Shown piece after piece: positions 13,401 through 23,900 of a DNA stretch of 64,000 bases. The DNA lies in the NCBI GenBank assembly GCA_963924565.1, contig OZ004609.1, positions 22,940,001-23,004,000 of the forward strand, read 5' to 3'. The translations under genes and the position numbers were made by a program. The first letter of the stretch is position 1, and every line of letters begins with the position of its first letter. The notes under the pieces were generated by a model that made no database searches, was not told the DNA's origin, and saw nothing but the letters and a program-made list of their open reading frames with translations. Source of the DNA: Ascidiella aspersa. Lineage: Eukaryota.

Positions 13401-16099
13401 CTTTGCTATGCATCGCTGTGTATATTGTTTAGATTTTGCTTTAAATAAGTACTTCGTTCATTTAAAAAAAAATTCAATAATTTTTTTTATTTAAAATCTG
13501 AATGAAAATGTTCACTTTGTTTAATATAACTAGTTAAGGCTAAAAACAAGTAATTGAGTTTGAAACGTCGGTTCGCTATGTGGCACGAGTTTGGTGCTAA
13601 ACACTTGTTAACTTAATAACCCTGTCATTATTTCACAGAAACTTCCAATACTTGCTTACAAGCTGGCCGAGCAAAAGGTTACCGGAAAAAATCTTCAAGT
13701 TAATGTACGCATTTTTCGTACAATTTAGTGTTGTTAACTTGTATTTCAATTAATTTGTTTTGTTTTTAAATATTTTCTTGGTTCGCGTGACCTTTAGGTG
13801 ATTTGTTGTCGATATTCTTTATTGAAAGTAATATATATTTATTTATGTAGGTTGTGAAGTTAAAATGGCCGACTGAAGACAACAAGCGGCCTCTTCTTCC
13901 AGAAATGTAAATATTTGAAATCTTATTTTCATTAAAATGAAAGCTTCATAAGCATAAGTGTACACTGTATAACAACTGTGATCTTACCCTTCTGATGTCG
14001 TTGATTAACAATAACGGCTTTCATATTGCAAAATATGTCTTCAACGGACTAACCCAATTAGTCGATTAATTAAGAATATTCATGCAAGCCAGGCTATACC
14101 GGTATGGCCGGAGGTCGTGAGTTTGAAACTCGCCATAGGCTGTTTTTTAGCCTGGCTTGCATCAATGTTCTTAATTAATCGACTGATTAGGTTAGTTAGT
14201 CTGTTGAAGACCTACTGTGTACTAATTTCCACTAGCTATAATAAGACAACTGTTCAGTCTTCACATTTGTTTCATAGCACAAAGGACAAAGGCACGAGAC
14301 CCTCATACGACAGCTGTAGCGGAATCGAACAAGTTATCCAAGTGTTCGACATCCTTCCAATGGTCCTGGAGAAAAGTGACCCAGAAAGCGTTCGTTCAGT
14401 GACGGTAAGTAGAGAGCAAACCACATTTAGGTCCAACAAACTGGATTGTGCAACCCTTTTAGCTATACGTGCCAAATTTGTGTATGCGATTAGACCAAAA
14501 ACCTACGCGAAAGTTTTTCGGGCGGTACACAAGTAGCCTCATTTTTTCACAAAAACTTGAATTCACAACTTTGCGTTTTGTTTATCTGATTTTGTTTACA
14601 AAGAAAAAAGAATTCCCGAAGAGTAGCGCAGTTGCTTTGAAAAGTCGTACAACACTGTGGCACAGTGGGCGTTAATTATGTCAAACGATTGCTGTTGATA
14701 GATATCATCTACTGATTTATAGTTTAAACTACAAATAGCGTTGAATAATGCTATCTATTTTTAGTAGGCCAACATCATTCTTTTGAATAAATTACGATTC
14801 GATCAAGTTAGTTGTTTTTCAAGAAGTGGTACGCGTGACACTACAGAGCGTCTAAGTGGTACGAGATTGTAAAAAGGTTGGGAAACCCTGGATTAGACGA
14901 AGTGCCAAGTCGACCAGATTTGATTTTTCTTAAGTTATAGCGTCCTGAAGTTTCCAAATGTTAATTAGGGTTAGCAGTACTCTATAAAGGTATTACTGAA
15001 AAGTTTCTCACCAACGTACGTTTAAACAAATCCTTTTTTTCCGCCATTGTACAGTTGTAGCTAGGCTTTATACTGAAGCAATCAAACAGTGAGAGGCAAT
15101 ATATCAAACAGAATTTGTGCTATTATTACCAGTAGATTTGCAGATGTTTATTTCAGTATAGATGAAAATTACTCGTCAGCTTTGACACACAGTCTTCTTT
15201 ATTACTCTTCGAATTGATTTGGTATGAAAACGTATTCGAAAAAGGCCTTATGTTTTTTTTTAATTTTCCTGACGGGGGTTCTTAAACTGGGGGCGTGAAG
15301 GGTCTGCAAGGGGGTTCAAAAAGCTCTCCAAAAAAAAACTTCCTTTTCATGTTTTTTGTATTGCTAACGCGAATATATCTTTTTAACTACTTTTTAGTAG
15401 TGATTGTTACACAGTATTTTATTCCAATCACTTACTATACATACTGTACAAGAGCGTACAGTGTTTTAGGTGGAATTGCACCAGTTCTTTTCTTCAAATT
15501 AAATTTACCATAAAAATAAAAGCGAATATTAGGGGGCCGCGGGATATTACTATTATTCCAGTTTTACCACGTAGTTGTGGTCCACGGGATAGCCGTACTC
15601 CGTCGTACAGTAAATTCGTTCTATACTTTATTTTAAAATGGTGTTGTTAAAGTTTTTATTTAGGCTCATTTTTGTATTAAAGGGACACCTAGGCGTTGGT
15701 CCCCAAAATTGTACCTATAGCCAAGTTGAACAGTGTAAATCATAACAAATTTCGCACCTTGCGTGAACTCATTTTAGTTTTAAATAAATCTATTCACTTC
15801 AGCCTAAAAGCGCAATACTTACGCTACAAAGTCCAATTTCTGTTAAATTAAACTAAAAATGCCGTTATTTTGAACAATAGTCGAATGTCTTATATCATGT
15901 GCTTCGCGTTACGTATCCTTTTAATTAGCGTTTTGCCGATTCAGCAAGCAATACACGTTAGTTTAGGAATGCTTAAAACGTCGCATTTCTCACAGTGTAC
16001 TTGACAATAAATCAGACCTATTTCTTTACTTTCCAGACCTCCGTAAAATCGCCACTGGTTGCCCCGACAATCTCCCTTGCGACAGCTTCTTCGCAGTAA
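1496..16099 (+). CDS. DIS3L2: DIS3-like exonuclease 2 (RNase II/RNB family, oligo(U)-preferring 3'-5' exoribonuclease), 23 coding exons, ~920 aa
   Basis: Hand-spliced exons, all AG/GT-bounded and phase-compatible: 1496-1569, 1892-2057, 2286-2390, 2592-2729, 4187-4285, 4571-4691, 5232-5347, 5569-5726, 6357-6501, 6676-6784, 7430-7650, 8166-8363, 9252-9388, 9764-9869, 9962-10039, 10617-10703, 11378-11525, 12385-12524, 13257-13361, 13639-13704, 13851-13906, 14278-14404, 16037-16099 (2763 nt, ends TAA). Motifs: GNLRI..AFI and ARNRA..DVVAV (CSD1), [116 protein letters not shown] and the lack of a PIN domain favour DIS3L2 over DIS3/DIS3L. Exons 1-3 and 20-23 are less certain than the core. Confidence 0.95.
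1892..2390 (+). CDS. DIS3L2 exons 2-3: putative RRM-like N-terminal domain
   Basis: Exons 1892-2057 and 2286-2390 are stop-free and bridge the phase-2 donor at 1570 to the phase-0 acceptor at 2592. They read ...[42 protein letters not shown]|[35 protein letters not shown]. Confidence 0.65.
2890..3603. mobile_element. Non-autonomous hAT-type DNA transposon (714 bp) in DIS3L2 intron 4
   Basis: Perfect 12-bp TIR CAGGGTTGCCAT...ATGGCAACCCTG; 8-bp flanks CCTATACA / CCCATACA (7/8); subterminal AAATAAGGAC repeats near both ends; no transposase ORF. Confidence 0.85.
3773..3928. mobile_element. Tc1/mariner-type MITE (156 bp)
   Basis: ~28-bp TIR CAGAGTGGGCCAAAAGTAGGCTTACAGT / ACGGTAAGCCTACTTTTGGCCCACCCTG (2 mismatches); TA on the left flank, TT on the right. 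Confidence 0.75.
4714..5042. repeat. Degenerate interspersed repeat, with a related copy in opposite orientation at ~5905-6197
   Basis: Shared ATGTCCGATA..ATCGATA..ATATTTTGG and GTATCG-rich blocks seen as reverse complements; strongly diverged. Confidence 0.45.
6676..6784 (+). CDS. DIS3L2: DIS3L2 catalytic exon (RNB motif I)
   Basis: Translates [37 protein letters not shown]. All four acidic residues of the DPxxxxDxDD motif are present. Confidence 0.95.
11073..11208. repeat. Degenerate GGAGTCGG/CCGACTCC-type MITE remnant
   Basis: GGAGTCGG (11105) and CCGACTCC (11171) plus several GACTCC variants in inverted arrangement; boundaries approximate. Confidence 0.4.
11646..11898. repeat. Imperfect inverted repeat (~100-bp arms), possibly Penelope-like retroelement termini
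   Basis: Arm 11646-11745 is the reverse complement of 11800-11898 (e.g. TTCAGGGCAATATAATTGCAACTA / TAGTTGTAATTATATTGCCCTGAA; GACCACCTATT / AATAGGTGGTC). The IR itself is clear; the family assignment is inferred. Confidence 0.7.
14036..14212. repeat. Fold-back element (~60-bp arms) with tRNA-like spacer, DIS3L2 intron 21
   Basis: GTCTTCAAC..AGTCGATTAATTAAGAATATTCATGCAAGCCAGGCTA pairs with TAGCCTGGCTTGCATCAATGTTCTTAATTAATCGACT..GTTGAAGAC; TA on both flanks. Confidence 0.75.
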
Positions 16100-16305
16100 T
16101 CAGATCTGACATCTCGTTTTCACTATTTATATGTAAACCTGGTGGTTTTACTTATATGTTGTTTGTACGTTTTGTCTCTGTGTCGAACTAAGCTTCGTGT
16201 GCAAGGCCTGGCTATCGTAACGATAGCGTGGCGACTCTTATCGTTTTTAGCAATGCGTTTGTTATTTACGTTTTGGTTATTTTATAACCGTCTTAACGCA
16301 AATGG

Positions 16306-16361
16306 AATAAAATCGACGCTTAAATATTTGGTTTGCTTATAGAGTAGAAACTTAAAATAAA
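16306..16361 (+). terminator. Candidate polyadenylation signals of DIS3L2
   Basis: AATAAA at ~16306 and ~16356, 200-260 nt after the stop, followed by a GT-rich tract (gttgttctgtttggtattggtg). Confidence 0.55.
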
Positions 16362-18665
16362 GTTGTTCTGTTTGGTATTGGTGCACAATATCCTGTACGA
16401 AAAAGGAAAAATATATTTTTAATATTGAGTGGAATTAACAAAAAATATCCATTTAATGAGCAAAGCTGTCATATCAAGCTTGAAAGCTTATGGAATTCAG
16501 GCTTACAAGTTCCCAAATAGGACCAAAGTGTTTCTGATTTTGAACAAAATATTCCGCAGACTATTGTTAGGGTTATTTCGAAGGTCACTCTGGCTCACGT
16601 CACATTTCAGGGTCTATTTGACCAATTAAAGGGTTGGTTATGGTATAATACAGGGGTGTGGAACTTTTTACACTGCCGGGCCAAATATGTGTATTCGGAT
16701 TAGACCACGGGCCACTTGCACATACCTCGTCGATCACCTGTTAGTGACTAACACAAAAAAAAAACGTTTTGCTTTTAAAGAATCAAAATCACTTTAATGA
16801 GAGCATTGAAGCTGGCCTGCTTTCCCAACCACCCTATCCAGGTTCACGTTAATTTAAGTGCTGGCAACCCGAAGTCTCCACACAATCTGTTCTGAGCGAT
16901 GTGGGGATTTCATGCACCCCAGTTTAGAAAAAAATGTTCACACACGCACGATGAACCGAATAACGCAATCTTTGAAGTAACAAGTTTTCTGAGCTGTGGA
17001 AATTTATTAAGATCGAGATGATTGCGGTGAAAAAATACTTTTTAGATGCGCAGAGAGATTTTTTTCTTTTTTTTACAACTCACATGAACATTGAAATTGG
17101 TTGAAAAACAATTACAATTCAATTTTTCAAATGAGCGCCCTGTAGAGTGTAGACTTAACCTTTTACCACATAACTTAATAGTAAGTCATTTCAAACCAAC
17201 TTGTTTATAACGACACCAAAGCAAATCGCTTTGAAGGATCTTATAGTTTCCTAGCGGTCTTAGTGATGTATAAGAATATCAAATACTCATGGTTACATTT
17301 GTGTCGGTTTCAAACATCAATGACCAAGCAGTTTAACTAATTAAGATTTATTGACACGATTGCATGGCAAACGTCAAACTTTTATCACCAATGTTGCAAA
17401 CATTTCTCACACATAACAGTAATCAAAAAAGAACAACAACAACAGCAAGTAAGCTTTCCGTCCAGTATATTTTATTTTTATTACTTTTAAACTTAATAAA
17501 TATTGTTAAAAAATCTATTTTTTTTACGTAATTAAGATGACAACACTTAGGCTATGACTTGATACCAGGTTTCTACTGGACATAAACACTCGCGGTAGAA
17601 AATATTGTAAACACCTCGATTCAAGGTCAAGCAGTGGACGGCGCAAACTACTACACGCCATTTGGTGGACGGCAGGTTGTATGCAAATTGCACTAAGGGT
17701 ATTTTACGATTGGACGACAACTTCGATTAATTGGCAGCAGGTTGAATAATAATAATAGACACTAATAGCAGTTCTTATTCTATACGACGAGGAAATTTCA
17801 AATTTTGACACCGTCGTTAATATGATTGCGCGCTTACTAATATCATAGCAGGTTGATTGACGTACCAAAATCAAAGCATAGTGGTGAATATGATTTAGAT
17901 AAACGCTACTTTATGGCTCAATATCGCAAGTTAAAATTTCAGTTTACAAGTAGCAGCCTTTCTGCATATGTGGCTGTTTCCGAACAAATTCGATGGTATT
18001 TGATCACGATAACAAAACAAAAAACAGATTCTTTTAACATGGGTGTATGATATATTACGCTTGATTTTTGAGGCAGCGCATGCCCAATGAACCTAGAATC
18101 AAGTTAGCAAGAAGAACCATTTAAACATTTAGGAGGGGTCAACCAAGATGTTGGCGGTTAGATCAGAGTTTTGTAGTTTGAATTTAAGGTAGAATGGCCT
18201 TCTACTTTTTCTTTCACAAAGAATAAAACGTGGGCAAGCTCACAAGCACATTATCGTTTACACAGTATGAGCACACCACAACGAATCAAGAACACTATAA
18301 TAGTACGGCATAAAAAAAATAAAAGGCTACATGTTGTTCAAGTTTAAATGATTGAAAGCAAAAGTTGGAAGACATTTGATTTTATGGAGATATCGTCTAC
18401 TGGTAAGATTTGATATAAATAAGGTTGACTGTGGATAAAAATACAGCGATCTACTGACAAAAAAACTTGTATTGTAAAGTCATTACATCTTACAAACACA
18501 TCTTGCACCCTGAATAATAAGTTATATAGAGAAGAAAATACCATATATTACAAAGCCGGAATCTTTATTCAATTCATCCGACTTTTTGAAACTACAGGGC
18601 AGGCATTTTTGCAAACGACAAATAAAGTATGAACAAAAAGCAGCAAAACAAAAAAAATTAAATTT

Positions 18666-19540
18666 TCATCGAACCAGGCGCTGGATGTAGGCGGCCACGT
18701 CGGGCACTTTGGAAGCCTGCAAAGCGGCGATCAGCTGTTCGATATTGGCCTGCTGGCCATTGCACGTCAGCCACATTCGCAACATGAACGATCGCTGGCG
18801 AGCCGGCTCCTTGGGGTAGCGCCGCTCCACGTAGCTGATTATCCTTTGCGCGTTGCGCCACTCGTTCCGCACCGGTGACTTGCCGGCGGATGTCGACGAC
18901 GCCGATGACGTCGATGATGAGTCGTCGCTGTCAGTGAGGTCCTTAGCGGGTGGAGCTGGAGATGCTTGAGGTGCCCGGGTCTTAATGTCGGGCAGGGCGA
19001 GATTTGAGACCACTTGCTCTGGCCACTGCAGGTGCTGGCAGAGTGTGGTCCAGTGCACGCCGTTGTCTTCAAGTCCACCCTCGATGTACGCGAATGCCTC
19101 ACGCAAGTCTGTGAGGAAATTCGGGTATATGTTTATATTCCTATGGGCTATTGGTATATATTTTTGCATGAGTATTTTACCAATGAAACCTTAAAACACA
19201 AGTTTACAGATTTGAATATCATTATGGGACAGAAAAAATTGCAAGTAAACTGTATTATATAACTTAAAACTACGTACTGTCTAGCCGAGATTTGAGGACG
19301 AATGTCTTCTCTCTGACGGCGGGTAGCGGGATTCGTAGTTGCACAGATTGCAGTCGATTTCGTAGGATTTCGGGATCGGATTTCTCCAGGTAACGTTTGT
19401 TCCAGGCAGCTCTGCTGTTGTAGAACCTTTCCATTTTCTCTTGTAAGGACGCGGCGTATTCTTCGCTTATCCTCACTTTTTCTTGCATAGCATCAAGATC
19501 CGCTCGTTGGGATCGAACCCGGGACTCCATGAACTCGTAG
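18666..19540 (-). pseudogene. Duplicated copy of the last two exons (19540-19278, 19108-18666) of the death-domain gene
   Basis: Identical translation to 21829-21567 and 21397-20955, retaining the acceptor, intron, stop and AATAAA but with no upstream exons of its own. Confidence 0.75.
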
Positions 19541-20852
19541 CTACGAAAAAAAATACTTATATATACAATTTTCTAAAATTTTATTTACAATGATTTGTTC
19601 AAACATCAATGACCAAGCAGTTTAACTAATTAAGATTTATTGACACGATTGCATGGCAAACGTCAAACTTTTATCACCAATGTTGCAAACATTTCTCACA
19701 CATAACAGTAATCAAAAAAGAACAACAACAACAGCAAGTAAGCTTTCCGTCCAGTATATTTTATTTTTATTACTTTTAAACTTAATAAATATTGTTAAAA
19801 AATCTATTTTTTTTACGTAATTAAGATGACAACACTTAGGCTATGACTTGATACCAGGTTTCTACTGGACATAAACACTCGCGGTAGAAAATATTGTAAA
19901 CACCTCGATTCAAGGTCAAGCAGTGGACGGCGCAAACTACTACACGCCATTTGGTGGACGGCAGGTTGTATGCAAATTGCACTAAGGGTATTTTACGATT
20001 GGACGACAACTTCGATTAATTGGCAGCAGGTTGAATAATAATAATAGACACTAATAGCAGTTCTTATTCTATACGACGAGGAAATTTCAAATTTTGACAC
20101 CGTCGTTAATATGATTGCGCGCTTACTAATATCATAGCAGGTTGATTGACGTACCAAAATCAAAGCATAGTGGTGAATATGATTTAGATAAACGCTACTT
20201 TATGGCTCAATATCGCAAGTTAAAATTTCAGTTTACAAGTAGCAGCCTTTCTGCATATGTGGCTGTTTCCGAACAAATTCGATGGTATTTGATCACGATA
20301 ACAAAACAAAAAACAGATTCTTTTAACATGGGTGTATGATATATTACGCTTGATTTTTGAGGCAGCGCATGCCCAATGAACCTAGAATCAAGTTAGCAAG
20401 AAGAACCATTTAAACATTTAGGAGGGGTCAACCAAGATGTTGGCGGTTAGATCAGAGTTTTGTAGTTTGAATTTAAGGTAGAATGGCCTTCTACTTTTTC
20501 TTTCACAAAGAATAAAACGTGGGCAAGCTCACAAGCACATTATCGTTTACACAGTATGAGCACACCACAACGAATCAAGAACACTATAATAGTACGGCAT
20601 AAAAAAAATAAAAGGCTACATGTTGTTCAAGTTTAAATGATTGAAAGCAAAAGTTGGAAGACATTTGATTTTATGGAGATATCGTCTACTGGTAAGATTT
20701 GATATAAATAAGGTTGACTGTGGATAAAAATACAGCGATCTACTGACAAAAAAACTTGTATTGTAAAGTCATTACATCTTACAAACACATCTTGCACCCT
20801 GAATAATAAGTTATATAGAGAAGAAAATACCATATATTACAAAGCCGGAATC

Positions 20853-20858
20853 TTTATT
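20853..20858 (-). terminator. Candidate poly(A) signal of the death-domain gene (duplicated at 18564-18569)
   Basis: TTTATT on + (AATAAA on -) ~97 nt after the stop codon in both copies. Confidence 0.5.
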
Positions 20859-20954
20859 CAATTCATCCGACTTTTTGAAACTACAGGGCAGGCATTTTTG
20901 CAAACGACAAATAAAGTATGAACAAAAAGCAGCAAAACAAAAAAAATTAAATTT

Positions 20955-23900
20955 TCATCGAACCAGGCGCTGGATGTAGGCGGCCACGTCGGGCACTTTG
21001 GAAGCCTGCAAAGCGGCGATCAGCTGTTCGATATTGGCCTGCTGGCCATTGCACGTCAGCCACATTCGCAACATGAACGATCGCTGGCGAGCCGGCTCCT
21101 TGGGGTAGCGCCGCTCCACGTAGCTGATTATCCTTTGCGCGTTGCGCCACTCGTTCCGCACCGGTGACTTGCCGGCGGATGTCGACGACGCCGATGACGT
21201 CGATGATGAGTCGTCGCTGTCAGTGAGGTCCTTAGCGGGTGGAGCTGGAGATGCTTGAGGTGCCCGGGTCTTAATGTCGGGCAGGGCGAGATTTGAGACC
21301 ACTTGCTCTGGCCACTGCAGGTGCTGGCAGAGTGTGGTCCAGTGCACGCCGTTGTCTTCAAGTCCACCCTCGATGTACGCGAATGCCTCACGCAAGTCTG
21401 TGAGGAAATTCGGGTATATGTTTATATTCCTATGGGCTATTGGTATATATTTTTGCATGAGTATTTTACCAATGAAACCTTAAAACACAAGTTTACAGAT
21501 TTGAATATCATTATGGGACAGAAAAAATTGCAAGTAAACTGTATTATATAACTTAAAACTACGTACTGTCTAGCCGAGATTTGAGGACGAATGTCTTCTC
21601 TCTGACGGCGGGTAGCGGGATTCGTAGTTGCACAGATTGCAGTCGATTTCGTAGGATTTCGGGATCGGATTTCTCCAGGTAACGTTTGTTCCAGGCAGCT
21701 CTGCTGTTGTAGAACCTTTCCATTTTCTCTTGTAAGGACGCGGCGTATTCTTCGCTTATCCTCACTTTTTCTTGCATAGCATCAAGATCCGCTCGTTGGG
21801 ATCGAACCCGGGACTCCATGAACTCGTAGCTACGAAAAAAAATACTTATATATACAATTTTCTAAAATTTTATTTACAATGATTTGTTCAATCTGTATTG
21901 TGTCGGCATAAAACGTTGTGGTGAAGAAAGAAAGTAGTTTTAGAGATATGTTAATTGCCTGTTGTTGGTCTAAAATACACAAATCAAGTACTGTCAAATT
22001 TGCTTACTTTCTGTCGCGTTGTTCGATTTTGGTCCCAAGCATTATTATTCGTTTGCGTAACGCTCGATGACGCGCCCTCAAGTGGTCTACATTTTCCGAC
22101 GTTCTGCGCAAAGTAATCTCCAGCGTTTTTCGTTGGTCCTGGGATCGCTCCAAATCCTAAAACACCAAGTAACGAGTTAAACCGACGGACTTTAAGAGCA
22201 GGATGACAGTTAATAAGAGTACTCAATTAACTACTGTAAGAAGTTAAACAGAGTGAGTAAAATTACACTTATTTAAACTGCTCTCACTTCTCGCATTATG
22301 TCGATGTCGTGCTCCAATGTTTCCAGACGAGTGGAGTTGGTGTGAACTTCTGAGATCATGTGTTCCAATTCGCTGAGAAGTTGCCGGTGTTGCTGTCTCG
22401 CCTGTTTAAAAATATAAAATCGCTAAAAGGCCAGTACATGAAGCTACCTAAGTTTACCGCCAATATGGTATAATCACTGTTGATTTCTAACTTTCCTCAC
22501 TTTTGGAGCCAGTATTTACATAAATTGTATAACAGAGCACAACAATACCTCTTGCCAAAGCCTCTCGGTTTTGATATATCTTCTGTGAGCTCTGTGAAGT
22601 CCAGATTTTGCCTGTCTCGTGTCGAGGACGTCGCGTTTTAACCAGAAGTTCGACTTGTCCGTTACGTCATTGAATTTAGTCAAAACGTCCGGTAGAAGGC
22701 GCAAGATAGCAAATCTATCACAATCGACCAAATCCGCGACCTGAGATTGTTAACAAGGACTGATGAGCAAAACTAAATAGCATATTTGGTTAAGTTTTGG
22801 CAAAAAACCTTTATTATAGAAAAAATTGTCATTATAACTTATAAATAAAATAAAAACACTCAAAAGCAACTTTTCAGAAACTATCGACGTGCGGGGTTGT
22901 TTTCCGTATTATAGTCTCCAGGGATATTATTTGCGGTAATATTTTTGAAAATAATAAATCGACTGTATAAAAAATATTTTAAAATTTTAAATGACACAAT
23001 ACTTTTCCTTTAAATCTTTAAAGGCGGTTATTTATTAAAGAAAAGTTAAATACCTCTGAAAGTTGAAATACTGTTTGCACATCACTTGTTTTAGTTGCCA
23101 AATCATGTTCTGCCGCCTTACCTTCTTGGACACGCCGTGGTTTGAAAAGATCGCGACGTCAATACTGTCTTGAGGAGGCCACAGAAGCTGGCGGATCTGG
23201 TTTAGGGTTTGGACAATGGCGAACTCGATCTGGTGCAGATCGCAGACCGGGTTTTTGTCAAGGTCTTCCGCCGTGTTCTCCTTGGCCCTATCTTTGTTAG
23301 CCCGCTGTTGTTGACCTTTAGACATGCTGTAACGTAGAGAAATGTAAGTAAGCCTGATTTTGGTCCGACTCAGTCGGGGAAGGCGTGACAACCATTACAC
23401 ACTATAACGGTTGTGCTCATGTAGAGAAACTTTCGGGCGATTTCGACTTAGTGAGGTTGAGTATGTTAAGGACTAATACTGTAGGTCAGTTGATGGTATG
23501 GGCGTGTTTGAGTTGGATACTTAATTTTAGCTTTTAGTATAAAAAAAATTTTAGCAGTTAGTATAAATACGAATTCATTTTTCAAAGAGACTAGTCACAA
23601 AAATCGTTGACGCTGTTGTTAAAAAGATTAACATACTCGATCGTTTCATCACGATTAGAAAACAAACACAACTATAGAAAATGCTGACTGACCTTGTCCG
23701 CTGCTGCTTGCAGAAGGTTTGTAAGGGCACTAGCACACGCTGAGAGAAGGTGGACAGCGTGTTTTGCAAAGTGCGCACGTGTCGATCCACGTCATCGACG
23801 AAGCGACGTAACCGGTCGTGACGTTCGCTCACAGCCACGTCATCACCATCGGCGAATGCGGGTTGCGACGGTGGCGAAGTCCTACGGCGCAGCGGCGACG

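Larger units (their letters stand above)
17309..21891. repeat. Direct tandem duplication, 2 x 2289 bp
   Basis: All ORFs in the unit recur with identical translation at offset 2289 (17853/20142, 18344/20633, 18666/20955, 19270/21559). TTCAA occurs at 17309, 19598 and 21887, marking both ends and the junction. Confidence 0.97.

Noticed and set aside
17364-18230. Plus-strand splice-like signals inside the duplicated unit (ATG 17364, donor 17449, donor 17675, acceptor ~17851, ORF 17853-18050)
   Set aside because: Every phase-compatible joining tried hits a stop codon; at most a non-coding or decayed transcript.
21795-21820. tRNA T-arm/B-box-like GGAGTCCCGGGTTCGATCCC on the minus strand (also ~19506-19531)
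   Set aside because: It lies inside a coding exon (MESRVRSQ) with no A-box or cloverleaf.
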